A stretch of DNA of 64,000 nt from Octopus bimaculoides (GCF_001194135.2 NC_068983.1:134491879-134555878), one strand, 5' to 3'. Numbered from the stretch's first letter, positions 52,701 through 64,000 are shown. Notes: generated by a model from the sequence alone, not told the origin. Translations and numbers: made by a program.

Positions 52701-54142
52701 TGAAAATTTGGACAGAACTTATGGGATGACCTGATAGTATCACTTAAAACTCACGTGGTTCTCCAATTCCTCGCAATTTGGTAAACAGGTCCCTAAGTTC
52801 AAGAAAAGCTTGAAAGCAAAATGTAATGTACAACCCCAACCATGGAGGAACATGGCAGCAGTGCCTGAAGAAATAACAGCAATAACTATGTAGTTATTTC
52901 TTCAGATACTGCAGATATCACGAAAGCAAATGTCAGCTTCTGGTTGCCAAATCAGAATCTTGTCAAAAACACCAGAATTGACTGCCCTTTCATCTGCAGT
53001 GGGTTTGGGTTATTCATTGATATATGCTGTTAATATGTTAATATTATATGATGCATCTTTCAAAACTTCTGTTGCTGAGTTATTGACTCCAGTGTAGTTA
53101 GGTTTAGAGATGCTGTACTTTTGAAGTTCTTGGCCATTTATATCGCCAAGCTTGTTGAAGAGGGTTGTATTATAGATTTCATTTGTGAACTCTGTTTCCG
53201 TACTGGAGTATATCTTGAGCTTGATGAATGAAATCTTTAGCAAAGTCATCATGATACTTGTGCCAAAACAGAAGCAAGCAGTGTTCACAACATTTTGACA
53301 CTATGCTGAAATGAACCCTAATAAAAGCAGTTTGAAGTAGAGAAGCTTCTAACTATGTTACATCCTGTTGGCCATCACTCTCTAGCAATCCAAGTATTAA
53401 TTTATGTCTTGCTCTCTAGAGATGGAGCAAACTTTATCATTGGATCTTCAAAGATCTTGAAATGAACTTGAATTTCACACTGTACAGAGGAGTCATAGAA
53501 AGAAGCCTTCTGGTTGATTAGTTTGTACAGTATTCTCTCTTTCGATGGCACTGTCAATATTTCTATGAAGTTGGCTTTCAACAGGAACATATTTTTTGAC
53601 ACCATTGCTAGCTGTTCAGTATATAAGTAAAACAGAACTTGATGGTGGAGTGATATTTTTGCAAAGATCATACTGGCATAGCTTGGAAAGGGTTGTAAGC
53701 ATTGCATACTTTATATTTAGAGTTAGCTGTGTTGCATGTATTCCTCAAGTAAAATAAATTTGTTGGCCATTTTTTAAGTGGATAGCAAGTTATTGAATTT
53801 TGGTGTATCTTCATGAATAGAAAAGCAAGAAAGTTCCAGAAGGCCTCATTGCTGCAAATGCATTGTTCATGATAGAATCAGTAAATTTCGCTTCATCAGA
53901 ACAAACATTGCAGTGCCAGATCCCCTGAAGAGATGTTTCCAGACACATTTGATCAGCTTTATTGAATTACAGAACACCAAATTGATGTGTATATTAAATA
54001 ACTTGATCAGGTGTTGCTAGTTGGGAACTATCCTTTTGTTGTCTATTTCATGTTGTCTGACCAAGATTTGGAAAGCTCTCATCTTCCACTGTTTGTTTTC
54101 TGAAGACAGACACCTATTTTTATGCTTTGATCACCTTACACA

Positions 54143-54181
<39 letters not shown>

Positions 54182-54245
54182 NNNNNNNNNNNNNNNNNNN
54201 NNNNNNNNNNNNNNNNNNNNNNNNNNNNNNNNNNNNNNNNNNNNN

Positions 54246-54301
<56 letters not shown>

Positions 54302-57300
54302 ACATATCATCATCATTATCATCACTACCAGCACCACCACTACCATCATCATTGTTTTAACGTTCACTTTTCCATGCCTGCATGGATCAAACAGAATTTA
54401 TTGAGGTACATATTTTATGGCCAGATGCCCTTTCTATTGTCAGTCCTCATCTGTTTCAAGCAAGTTAATATTTCCCTATGATTGGACATATTTTCACAGG
54501 AGATTGGAAAACAAAGGACACTGTTTGAAAGATGGTGATGCTTCTCTACAACTATTACACAATGTCAAGTCAAGGAGACACACATACCTACACACACACA
54601 CACACACACACAAGATAAATGTTGCTATCATGTTTTCCAAGATTAGTCTAAATTTAATTATCCTATCACACACTTTAACTACCTTGATCACTTTATCTAC
54701 CCATTTTCAACCAAAAGTATTTCTGCACCTCCCACACCATCACCATTGCCTTCCCCAAAAAAACTACATATACATCAACAACAAAAAAGCTAGCTGTGGA
54801 CTCATTGCTCAATAGGTCTTTTAAACACCAGCGTGCGTTATGTGTTTATAAAATACTGATGTCGGGCAAACAAATGAATATATGTAAATGATATTTCTTC
54901 CTTCTTGGTGTTGATTCTTCGAACAGAGTGGTGACATTTAGTAGAGATGACCCGGAAGTTGTTCCTCTTCAATTACTATTGTAAACAGCAGTAGCTTTCT
55001 TCAACCGAATACACGTCATTGATTGGCTGAAATTACCCAAATACGACAACTTTAACACAAAATAACTTCTAAAATATGAAATTTTGTCAAAAACATTCAG
55101 AGTAAACTGTGTTCTATGTGAGAAATTCTACCAGTGTTTGAAGTTTCAAACTGTTTAGTTAAAAAAAAGTAACTTAAGAATCTGTGACTGAGATGGAATA
55201 GGTCCCATTTTTGTGATCTAAAGTTAACAGAATGATTTGCTACAATGGAATTTTCTTATGTCTTCAAATTTTCAAGGATTGTTGTAATTTCATATTACCA
55301 GTGTCTTTTGTTCGCATTAAAGTTTCTTTTTTTTTTTACATGTCTGTGCAGTGGAATTTTTCCATCTGGCATGAATGCTATTATGGGACCAACAGGCTGT
55401 GGGAAATCCTCGTAAGTATTTATTTCCAAACAGTTGTAGTTTTAGATATTTATTTAGTATGTAGATTAAGGGAAAGAGGGCAGTGTTCATGGCTTTTGCA
55501 TATTGTATTAAGTAATCACTTATTAGGAAAATGTAGTCAAGAAAGAAACCCCAAAGAAATATAGTTTTGGGGAAAGAGGACTAGGAAACAGTTGAAATGC
55601 TAAAGGAATTTGAAGTTCAGAAGAACAGGAAATATAGTCTTTGTGTAAAAGTTAGATAGGATACAGCAGCATGTTAGATTGTCAATCAGTTAGATGGATG
55701 TTTGTGTGTGTAGCAATAGCTATTGTGCATTCATTGTTTACACTAGGCACACTTTATAGAATGTCCACCTACTTCTTTTCTGTATACTTAACATAGCATT
55801 TTTCCTGATAGTATTAGGGTCTTGTCTTCCTTCTCACTCTCTGAAACTTTTGCTTTTGCTAAATTCACTTTATAGTCATTCAGTTTCAGATTTTGGTTCC
55901 CTGTCTGGAATTTTTTCCTCCAAAATGTTCTACAGATCATTTTTATAAGAGTTGCTATCAGCATACAGGAGTTTCCAAGGATAACCACTCTTAAATTACT
56001 CTGTTATGGCTTAGAAGACTATTGTAAACATGAATGGTCTGAAAACTGTTATCTGTATGCTAAATTCATCACTGAACTCATCACTTATTTACACATTGCT
56101 GATTGCACCTCTGTATAAGGTTTGTATAGCTATCACAAACCATTCATATACCCCCAGCTTCCTTGGTGACCACCATATCACAGAACGATGAATGCTGGCT
56201 TATTCCTAGCTAAGCACTTCTCTTGAAAAGTGGCACCGATGGTATCTCATCCTGACACAAAGCTAAATAGCATTTCATTCACATTAATCCTGCTCTTAAT
56301 TGATTTTGCAATAACTCTATAACTTCTATAACCTGTTCCAACAGTTTGATGCATCTGTGCTTTCCTCTCTCTAGTGCATTTCTTTTGTTTGTTTAGCAAT
56401 TTATGATACTACTGTGCTAGTCATTAGGTATGATGTCTTCCTGTGTTACTTGATTGGCTATACTGGTGACAGGCGAGCTGGCAGAATTGTTAGCATGCCA
56501 GGTGAAATGCTTAGCGGTATTTCATCTGCTGTTACATTCTAAGTTCAAACTCTACCGAGGTCGACTTTGCCTTTCGTCCTTTCAAGATTAAATAAGTACC
56601 AGCTACGCACTGGGGTCAATGTAATCGACTTAAATCCTTTGTTTGTCCTTGTTTGACTCCTCTATGTTTAGCCCTCTGTGGGCAATAAAGAAATATATAC
56701 TGGTGACAGGCTGTACCCTACTTTGCTAGATATTTTAAGCATCTTGGCAACTGTCCATGATGGGCTAGCTGCTTTCCCTACTGTTACATCTTTAATCACT
56801 GTATCTACCATACTGCTGTCAACTTGGATAGTTGATCCCTCTGTTGGGTCTACTTCTCTCCCATGGCTGGCCCTCTCTCTCCCACACATTCCCTACATTC
56901 AAGAATTACTCAGAGTAGCACCAGAGCTTCCTCTTATAAGTAGCACAAGAGCCTCTCATAATAGGATTTGAGCCTCTCATAGTAGCTTTTGAGCCTCTCA
57001 TAGTAGCATTTGAGCCTCTCATAGTAGCATTTGAGCCTCTCATAGTAGCATTTGAGCTTCTCACAGTAGCATTTGAGCCTCTTATAGTGCTAGAGCCTCT
57101 TATAACGCCTCTCATAGTTGCACTAAAGTATTTCACAGTAGCACTAAATTGTAAGCATATGTGGCTGAGTGTGTCGGTTCCAGCTATAATGTTCTGCTTG
57201 AAGTCTTGGATAATTTTTGTGACTGGATTTCTATTTTTGCTAACCACTTTCCATTTGTAAAAACCAATGAAAAGAATACCTTTCTATTCTAGCTTGTTGA

Positions 57301-60300
57301 ATGTTATAAGTGGTCAAAAAAATCCAGCTGGATTGTCAGGTATCTTATTAATCAATGGCCGTTTACCACCAGCCAACTTCAAATGTCAAGTTGGTTACGT
57401 AGAACAGGTGAGTTTTTTGTTTTTGGTATATTTTCTAAGATTATCATCATCATTATAATTATGTTAGTTTTCATTGGCCTTGCTCTTGTATAATATTAGC
57501 TGCTGCAAGGTTGTCAACATCATTTTCATCTTCCATCATGTATATACACTTGCCAATAAAATTTTCTACCACATTCAGTAATGTTCACAAAGCCTGTAAC
57601 TGTATACCATTTATTGTTGTGCACCACCATCAAGAATATAGTTTAGATGTTATAGGTTGTGGTGTCATCTAATGAGACTCCGCTCAGAAAGCTGTAATGT
57701 TGTTTGGTAGTAGACCTGAATGAAGAATATATAAAACACAATGTGGTTACTTTAAATATGTTTATTGTGGTCACATGTATATATACACAAGCTGAATAGA
57801 AGTGGTTGATGTACATTTGTTCATATATCTACATGCCTCAGCATGGGTTATATGTTAGCTGTTAACCCTGGCGAGAAGCTCACAAACAGTGATGTGTTAG
57901 AACCAGTGCAGAGTGTTGGTGCTGTGTTGATGTTGACAACGTTGGTGAGAGACATCAGTGGTGGCGACAAAAATGGAGGTCGCTGCAACATGGTCAGTGA
58001 TTAGACCTTAGAAAGTTTGGAACCAACTGACGTTGAGACAAGTAGGTGGTGAGCTTTTATATATGACGGGTAGGTTCAAATGCAGTTTTGGAACAGACTG
58101 TCTCACATGACTTATTTGAAGGCTGTGATTGGTTGGGTTGCATATTGGCGCAAAATAAAGTAAGAGACAAATTGCGCCAATACCAACCAATCAGAGTGGT
58201 AGATACAACGGGGTCCAAACAGCACCCAAGGGTTAGCTGTTACCTGCTACGTTCGTATGTCTTTATATATAAGAGAGGAAGCTCACTAGAATTCATTACA
58301 ATAGCAAACCACCTTTCATCTCACTCCAGCATTATCTCATTTGTGAGCTTCTCTAACTTAATACTTCCTTTCAAGTCTTCAGACTCCTCCATTGGTACAT
58401 TTATTTTACTTTGCACTCATAATCCATTCACATCACATCCCTCCTGAGTACATCAGCCTGATGCATTTAAAGCTTATTTGCTCTTTCAGTTTACTTGTGC
58501 ACAACAGTTGAATTAGTGTAGTAAAATAGGCAAACAATGAAATAATTTAGTCTCACATCAGTTGATGTTTTCCTGTTCCAGTAGGTGTTAGGGTGCTCGT
58601 AAAGAAAAAAAAAATCAACTGTTTTAACTCAAAACAAATGGAGATCCAGATACCAATGGCTACCAGAAACAAGATGACTCCCTTCCTTTCTATCTAAGCC
58701 AAGCACCCTTTTTCCTGTATCTCTTTTTCTCTCCTTCAATCTTAAATTGTCTGTCTCTCTTATTCTTGTTTTCTCTTCTGTTTCTCTTGCTCACTATCTA
58801 TCACTTTTTCATTCTCTTCCTCCAGCTATCTCTTTTTCCCACTTTTCATTGTCTTTTTCTTTATAGGATGATGTCATTATGCCAACTCTCAGTGTGAAAG
58901 AAAACTTGTGGTTTTCTGCAGCCCTTCGTTTGCCTGCCACATTTTCATCAGCAACCCGTGAACAAAGGGTGAATGCATTGATAGAAGAATTAGGGCTCAC
59001 TGACGTGGCTGACTCCAAAGTAAGTGTTGATGTTACTCATTGTTTAATATATTCCTGTAATTATGATAAAGAGAAAAGAGGGCCAAGGACTGAGTTATAC
59101 TGAACTTCTGTTTGTAAGCTAAATTCATTGCTTAACTCATTGCTGACTCTCACTTTGCTGACTCTACTTCTCTACATAGCATGTATGACTCTCACAAACT
59201 AGTTCTCTTTCCCTGGTTTCCTGAACGACCATTATATTATCTTATCAAAGGCCTTCTCCAGAATGTTAGGTGTCTTCCTCATTAGCAGTAAGGCTAAATG
59301 ACCTTACTGATATTAATGACACATCTCGAACTGATGAGGAACCCACTATATGATCTGCTAGAAATAGCAGCCAAATCCTCCTCAAACCATACCTTATTTC
59401 CTCAAAAATGTAAATATATTTTGCATAATGTAAACCTAGATACACTGTCTGAAGAAAAAAAAGATGGGATGTTCACAACTGGAATATCTTTAATCGTAAG
59501 TCTGCTTGATTAAAGTTGGCTTGAGGCTAAATCATAAAAAACAACAATGATAACTGATCATGATACCTCTTATATCGTTTGAAAGCAGAGAGTTCTTTCT
59601 ATCATCTGCTATGGTATTTGTTATTTACATTTCTTCAGTATAGTTTTATGACATTTATATTTATATCATTAGTGATAGGGAAGATTGTATGACATTTGTG
59701 TTGCAACTGTCCATAGTTTGTGTGTCATATGGAATTTCTACCTACATCTTTTCTATATTTTCATGCAAAATTTAGATCTATTCTTCACCAGAGAAAGCAT
59801 CTTTTACTCTGCTGAAGTTCAGGATCAGACCAAAATTTGATGTGCAGTAGAGACATACTAATTTATGGCTAATATTATCTTTGGCCAATATCCAATGGTT
59901 ATTTATGGAATAAGATCAGCAACAAGCATGTTTGTATACTTATTTAGAAAAACTACCTCATACAGGTACATAAACAATAAATAATTCCAAAGATAAACAA
60001 GAAGAAAAATATTTTAATCAAATCAACAGTATGATGCAGGCAACCAGAAAAGTTAACCAGTACAACTGTTGACATTAGATAAGCATAAATAACAGTGAAA
60101 CTTACCCATCTGTAGAAACTCTCTGAAAATCTGTAATGTTTTAATGGAAAATACTTATTGACACCTCTGTCCTGTAACAAACAAACAGTGTTGAAGCAAA
60201 GGAAAAAAAAAAATAGATACATACTTTCAAAAGCATGTCATCTATCCACATATTGACAATAGAAATCAAGTGAGTAATATAAAATCTAAAGTAAGCTCTT

Positions 60301-60781
60301 CAGTCCTTCACAACAGCATCGTACATCAATTTCTATCTGGTTAAGTGATTGCTTAGAGGCTCTCCTATTGGCCTAATTAATCCCTTTTCTATATCTATAG
60401 AGAAGCTGTTTGTTCTAAATAGATTAAAAGATTCTCTAAACTTCTAGTCCAGCCTGATTACTTCCCAAAGCAGGTCTAATATATTTTCACATGTCCGCAG
60501 TCTACAGGCAGGAAATTTTTTCATATATTTCTCCTAATGAATATATAAAAAGGCAGAATTACATTGGACCTTTTCTCGTATTACTGTTTATCACTAGGTT
60601 GGCAGTGAATTAATACGAGGTATTTCGGGTGGTGAACGAAAAAGGACTTGTATTGGTTTGGAACTAATCACTTCTCCACAGATTTTGTTTCTTGATGAAC
60701 CAACCACTGGTCTTGATTCCAGTACAGCATACAGTGTTATGCATCTTCTAAAAAAGTAATTATGATTTGCTATGTATTTTC

Positions 60782-60816
<35 letters not shown>

Positions 60817-63505
60817 AGCATTTTGTTTTACACAAAGTTACAAGGCAATACATGACTAATTCATATCAGTGTGTATAAAAAAGTATTACATTTGACTGAG
60901 AAATCTGAATTCTTGAGAGTTAAAGAGCATCAACAATGAGGGATGAAGCCAAATAGGCAATGGGGAATCTTGTGAAGGCACATGGAAGGTGCCTTCACAA
61001 CCAAAGAAACTATGGGAGTGGCAGTATTTTATGATTGAAGATGTACATGATAACCTGACTACTGCAGCAAAATATCTACCATTCAAATCCTGACTTGCCT
61101 GGACTTGTATTATAGTAAGGATGGACTGTACTGTAAATAAACAGCCTCACCCTCTTGTACTTAACTTCTTGGGTCAGTGCCAAGATGAGCTGAAACAGCT
61201 GAAAGTATACCAAGGAAGCAGTGGGATGACCAGGGACATCTACATATCTCACCGTGCTCAGAAATAACATTATTAGACCCAAGTTCTATGGTATGCTGCC
61301 AGCAATTCACATCTTTCTGACTGGTGAAAGTTGACTACTGATGGTTGTTTCCTCTAAATGGGGCACTGGAATCCAGTCTTTATATGCGGAGGATGATAAG
61401 TCTTGAAAGAATTTCACTGAAAATTTACAACTGATTGGCAGCCTTCCATCTGGTTTAGCTGGCCTACCACCAATGCTGTTGCTCAGAAGTGGTGTACTTT
61501 TGCATACAAACAGTCGAGAGCTGGGTGCCAGGTGGGTGTACATGGAAGACAAGCTGTGTTGAAAAGGAATTACCAGAACCTCCTACTATAGACATTGTCT
61601 CTCCCTAACATCCCCTACCTTTTCATATAAACATAAACAAAAGTTACAATGATGGTAATATTAAAGAAAAGATAGGCTTAGATGTGAATTGCTGGCAGCA
61701 TACCATAGAACTTAGGCCTAATTATGGAGTCACTTATGTGTTGTGTTTGACTCAATTAGATTAGTGCAAGTGATATATTACTTGGCTCAGTTTGCTACCT
61801 TACATTCATCATACATTATTTATATAGCTAGCCAAGACAGTACTGTTGAAATAGATGTATTATGGGATTTAGATTTGTTTGATTTCAGTTTCTTCAACTT
61901 TTCATTTCATCAGTTTGGGACTATATAGAATACACACAAGTATGATATTGGTGTTATTTGATCAGACTGTACTTTTCCTGTAAAAATTATTCTTGTGACT
62001 TATCTAAAAGCCTGTGATATCTTTTGTAAAGAAAGAAATTAATTTAGTAAACTAATGAGTATATCAATTACATAACAACATTCTGCTTGCTCAGAAAATT
62101 TTTTTCCAAAGAAATAAGAAAAGTAAGTTTAAGTAAACTCTTCTAATGTGGAATCTGTAGCATGACACAAGAAGCCAGCACCATTTTGTGTGAGATCTTG
62201 CCGGCATCCATTACCATGTCTGAGACAAGAGCGAGATCTCGCCTACAACCATGTTTGCCATGCGCGAGACCACAGCGAGGCTCTTGTGGGCAACATCTAT
62301 TTAAGGAGGCGTATTAAGGTGATTCTCTCTCTTGGGTTCGTGCTCACACTGAGCAACACTGCAAACTGGCAGCTCACAGCAGATTCTGGTCCTGCTCTAA
62401 CTTCACCTGTTACCTCCAGAGGTAATGTATCTCACGTGAATGGAGTTATAATGAGCCGCGCGCTGCGATACAGATGGTCGCCGGGAGTGAACCACATGAA
62501 TGAGAACTAAATCAACAACCATTGAATTGCACCTGCTTCTTCTTTCAAGTTCTAGATCCTAAGACTACAGAAGATAATTGTAATGGGAGAAGGAGATACT
62601 CCGCAGGTATCATGAACCTTCGAGTTCCATTATAATCTAAACTGTAAGAAATCATTGGAGTTCATGAAGTAAGTTAAAAAATTTCTTCAAGTCAAAATTT
62701 GATTTCAATAAATTCTAGTATGTAATATCTGTGAAAGCTATATATGACTGAATTGTTTTGATATGTGACTACTTGCAAGACCACTAGTTTGTTTGCTGCC
62801 ACTGACACTGTTGAATTCATGGCTGGTATACTTAACTCTTGCTACCTCACTACATCTAGCTTACTACCTGAAACAGTGGAAGCATTATTTTAGTTAGTGT
62901 TTAGTTAGTTTGTAGTGGCTAATTTAAGTCCTGTTGTAGGTGTAACAATAAAAACCCAATCCCGTGTATTCATCATCATCATCATTTAATGTCTGTCTTC
63001 TATGCATAAAAGGATGGTTGACAGAAGCAGGCCAGGTAGAAAACTACTCCAGGCTACTATGTTTGCTTTGGCAGGGTTTTTATGGCTAGATGCCCTTCCC
63101 AACACCAAACACTCTGCAGAGGTTCTAGTTACTACTCTTCGGAATTACTTGGTTTCCTGGCGATCCTTGATTATATGTACTTTTTTATGGGGCTTAATAT
63201 CTATTGAAATGGCATTGAGAAGGACATAATTTACAAAATCTTATTTATTATTCCTATAAATTTGATGTCTCATATTTCAAGAGATGTTTCTTTTATTGTA
63301 TAGTTATTTATATATGTATCTATAATTTTAAAGTTTGTTTCTTATTTACACAGGTTATCTGAGAAAGGAAAGAATATCATTTTTTCCATCCATCAACCAC
63401 GTTATTCAATCTATAATTTATTTGATAACATCACATTATTGTACAATGGAATTCTTGCCTTTCAAGGACCAAGAAAGGAGGCACTAAGCTATTTTGAAAG
63501 CATAG
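49517..63505 (+). CDS. ABCG2: ABCG2-like ABC half transporter (G family), N-terminal nucleotide-binding domain; 6 coding exons, gene continues beyond the right window edge
   Basis: Exons 49517-49788, 55352-55411, 57293-57407, 58867-59019, 60598-60755 and 63354-63505 splice in frame with GT-AG borders. Motifs present: Walker [10 protein letters not shown]-loop YVEQDD, signature ISGGERKR, Walker B/D-loop [13 protein letters not shown]-loop SIHQPRYSI. Strict orthology versus an ABCG2-like paralogue is untested. Confidence 0.93.
49538..49591 (+). repeat. Coding 18-bp tandem repeat, 3 perfect units (DNNNDQ)3
   Basis: GACAATAACAATGACCAG x3 within ABCG2-like exon 1. Confidence 0.95.
51466..52734 (+). 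mobile_element. Full-length (1269 bp) mariner DD34D transposon, transposase inactivated
   Basis: TIRs TCAGGCCATCCCATAAGTTCTGTCC / GGACAGAACTTATGGGATGACCTGA with TA at 51464-51465 and 52735-52736. Transposase motifs WVPHEL, T(G)[15 protein letters not shown] and [10 protein letters not shown], with 34 residues between the last two Asp. Confidence 0.96.
51650..52659 (+). pseudogene. Mariner transposase pseudogene
   Basis: ATG 51650 to TAA 52657-52659, with a frameshift near the first catalytic Asp and several in-frame stops. Confidence 0.92.
55352..55411 (+). CDS. ABCG2: ABCG2-like coding exon 2 (60 nt, Walker A)
   Basis: (T)[19 protein letters not shown]+TC; CAG acceptor, GTAAGT donor. Confidence 0.95.
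55700..56400 (-). mobile_element. RTE-clade LINE reverse-transcriptase fragment, decayed
   Basis: [29 protein letters not shown] matches the RTE QGSVLSP..F.IV...ITEE...G.PWELLYADD region. A similar [21 protein letters not shown] remnant lies at about 16990-17100(-). Boundaries are approximate. Confidence 0.65.
56475..56695 (+). mobile_element. SINE (second tRNA-derived family) with a perfect 16-bp target-site duplication
   Basis: TATACTGGTGACAGGC at 56459-56474 and 56696-56711; internal gagttcaaa-like B box and gaggtcgactttgccttt; related minus copies near 40940-41130 and 50560-50700. Confidence 0.8.
56949..57117. repeat. 21-bp minisatellite GAGCCTCTCATAGTAGCATTT, about 8 units
   Basis: Units start at 56949, 56970, 56991, 57012, 57033, 57054 and 57075, with degenerate ends. 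Confidence 0.93.
57293..57407 (+). CDS. ABCG2: ABCG2-like coding exon 3 (115 nt)
   Basis: (S)[38 protein letters not shown]; TAG acceptor, GTGAGT donor. Confidence 0.95.
57693..58437 (-). mobile_element. Candidate retrotransposon LTR (745 bp)
   Basis: Minus strand TGTGATG...CATTACA (7-bp terminal inverted repeat, 1 mismatch); TATATAAAAG (58064-58054) upstream of AATAAA (57766-57761); purine run AGGAGGGA immediately 5' resembles a polypurine tract; no TSD. Confidence 0.6.
58867..59019 (+). CDS. ABCG2: ABCG2-like coding exon 4 (153 nt)
   Basis: [51 protein letters not shown]; TAG acceptor, GTAAGT donor. Confidence 0.96.
60598..60755 (+). CDS. ABCG2: ABCG2-like coding exon 5 (158 nt; signature and Walker B)
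   Basis: [52 protein letters not shown]+AA; TAG acceptor, GTAATT donor. Confidence 0.97.
61276..61718. repeat. Inverted-repeat-bounded segment (possible MITE or local inversion)
   Basis: Perfect 34-bp inverted repeat AAGTTCTATGGTATGCTGCCAGCAATTCACATCT at 61281-61314 / 61680-61713, extendable to about 47 bp with a few mismatches; TA on both sides at 61274-61275 and 61719-61720. Confidence 0.75.
63354..63505 (+). CDS. ABCG2: ABCG2-like coding exon 6 (152 nt; H-loop)
   Basis: (K)[50 protein letters not shown]+G; CAG acceptor, GTAATT donor. Confidence 0.96.
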
Positions 63506-63724
63506 GTAATTTGAACTTTGTTATTATTCCTATTTGATAGAATATAAGTAGACTGATTAAAATATTTAATTGGTTCTTATTAAGCCAGCTATTATATAGG
63601 AACCAAATTCCATTTGGTCAGGATGTTGTGCTGAAGAGAACTTGTCCAATAACCCATAGGAAAATGGATATAAATATGATGATTATGTAATCACACATAA
63701 CAACCAGCACCCTACTTCAAAAGC

Positions 63725-64000
63725 ATTATGATATATATTATGATATATATTATGATATATATTATGATATATATTATGATATATATTATGATATGTATTA
63801 TGATATATATTATGATATATATTATGATATATCTTATGATATGTATTATGATATATATTATGATATGTATTATGATATATATTATGATATATATTATGAT
63901 ATATATTATGATATGTATTATGATATATATTATGATATGTATTATGATATATATTATGATATATATTATGATATATATTATGATATGTATTATGATATAT
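63725..64000. repeat. 12-bp minisatellite TTATGATAT(A/G)TA, about 23 units, runs off the window edge
   Basis: Read directly from the sequence. Confidence 0.95.

Larger units (their letters stand above)
51140..54115 (-). mobile_element. Decayed autonomous Helitron fragment (Rep C-terminal region to Pif1 helicase), split by a mariner
   Basis: Collinear minus-strand remnants with stops and frameshifts: [139 protein letters not shown]. Confidence 0.88.

Noticed and set aside
53010-53707. ORFs 53010-53288, 53402-53707 and 51076-51445 as host genes
   Set aside because: They are frameshifted pieces of the Helitron RepHel relic.
54021-54404. HT/VC-repeat ORFs (similar ones at 1106-1525)
   Set aside because: They are (CA)n microsatellite, gap and SINE sequence.
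56949-57117. Regularly spaced repeats as a CRISPR-like array (also the 157-bp and 12-bp arrays)
   Set aside because: They are head-to-tail tandem units with no unique spacers, in eukaryotic DNA without cas genes.
57293-57310. LLNV instead of LLDV after Walker A as a site restored by A-to-I editing
   Set aside because: Asn is common at this position in ABCG proteins (e.g. white-type LLNAL), so no editing needs to be invoked.

Overview
AT-rich, microsatellite- and retroposon-dense eukaryotic genomic DNA with five N-gaps. The repeat landscape suggests an octopus (inference, not proven from the window). Two protein-coding genes lie head-to-head about 24 kb apart. (1) Transportin-1/karyopherin-beta2 is on the minus strand: 10 coding exons from ATG 25641 down to 3803 splice in frame to 481 codons, and the gene continues off the left edge. 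Its first coding intron is a GT-AG U12-type (minor spliceosome) intron. (2) An ABCG2-like half transporter is on the plus strand: 6 coding exons from ATG 49517 to 63505 carry all nucleotide-binding-domain motifs, and the gene continues off the right edge. The rest is mostly transposon-derived: a head-to-head Penelope-like element whose 3' end carries a tRNA-like module followed by a minimal hammerhead ribozyme; a full-length mariner inserted into a decayed Helitron Rep/helicase; a DD37D transposon; RTE, CR1-like and R4/Dong-like LINE fragments; a candidate LTR; several SINE families; and piggyBac-, hAT- and GG-terminal MITEs. No rRNA, functional tRNA or CRISPR array was seen. All calls were made by manual reading and translation, without database searches.
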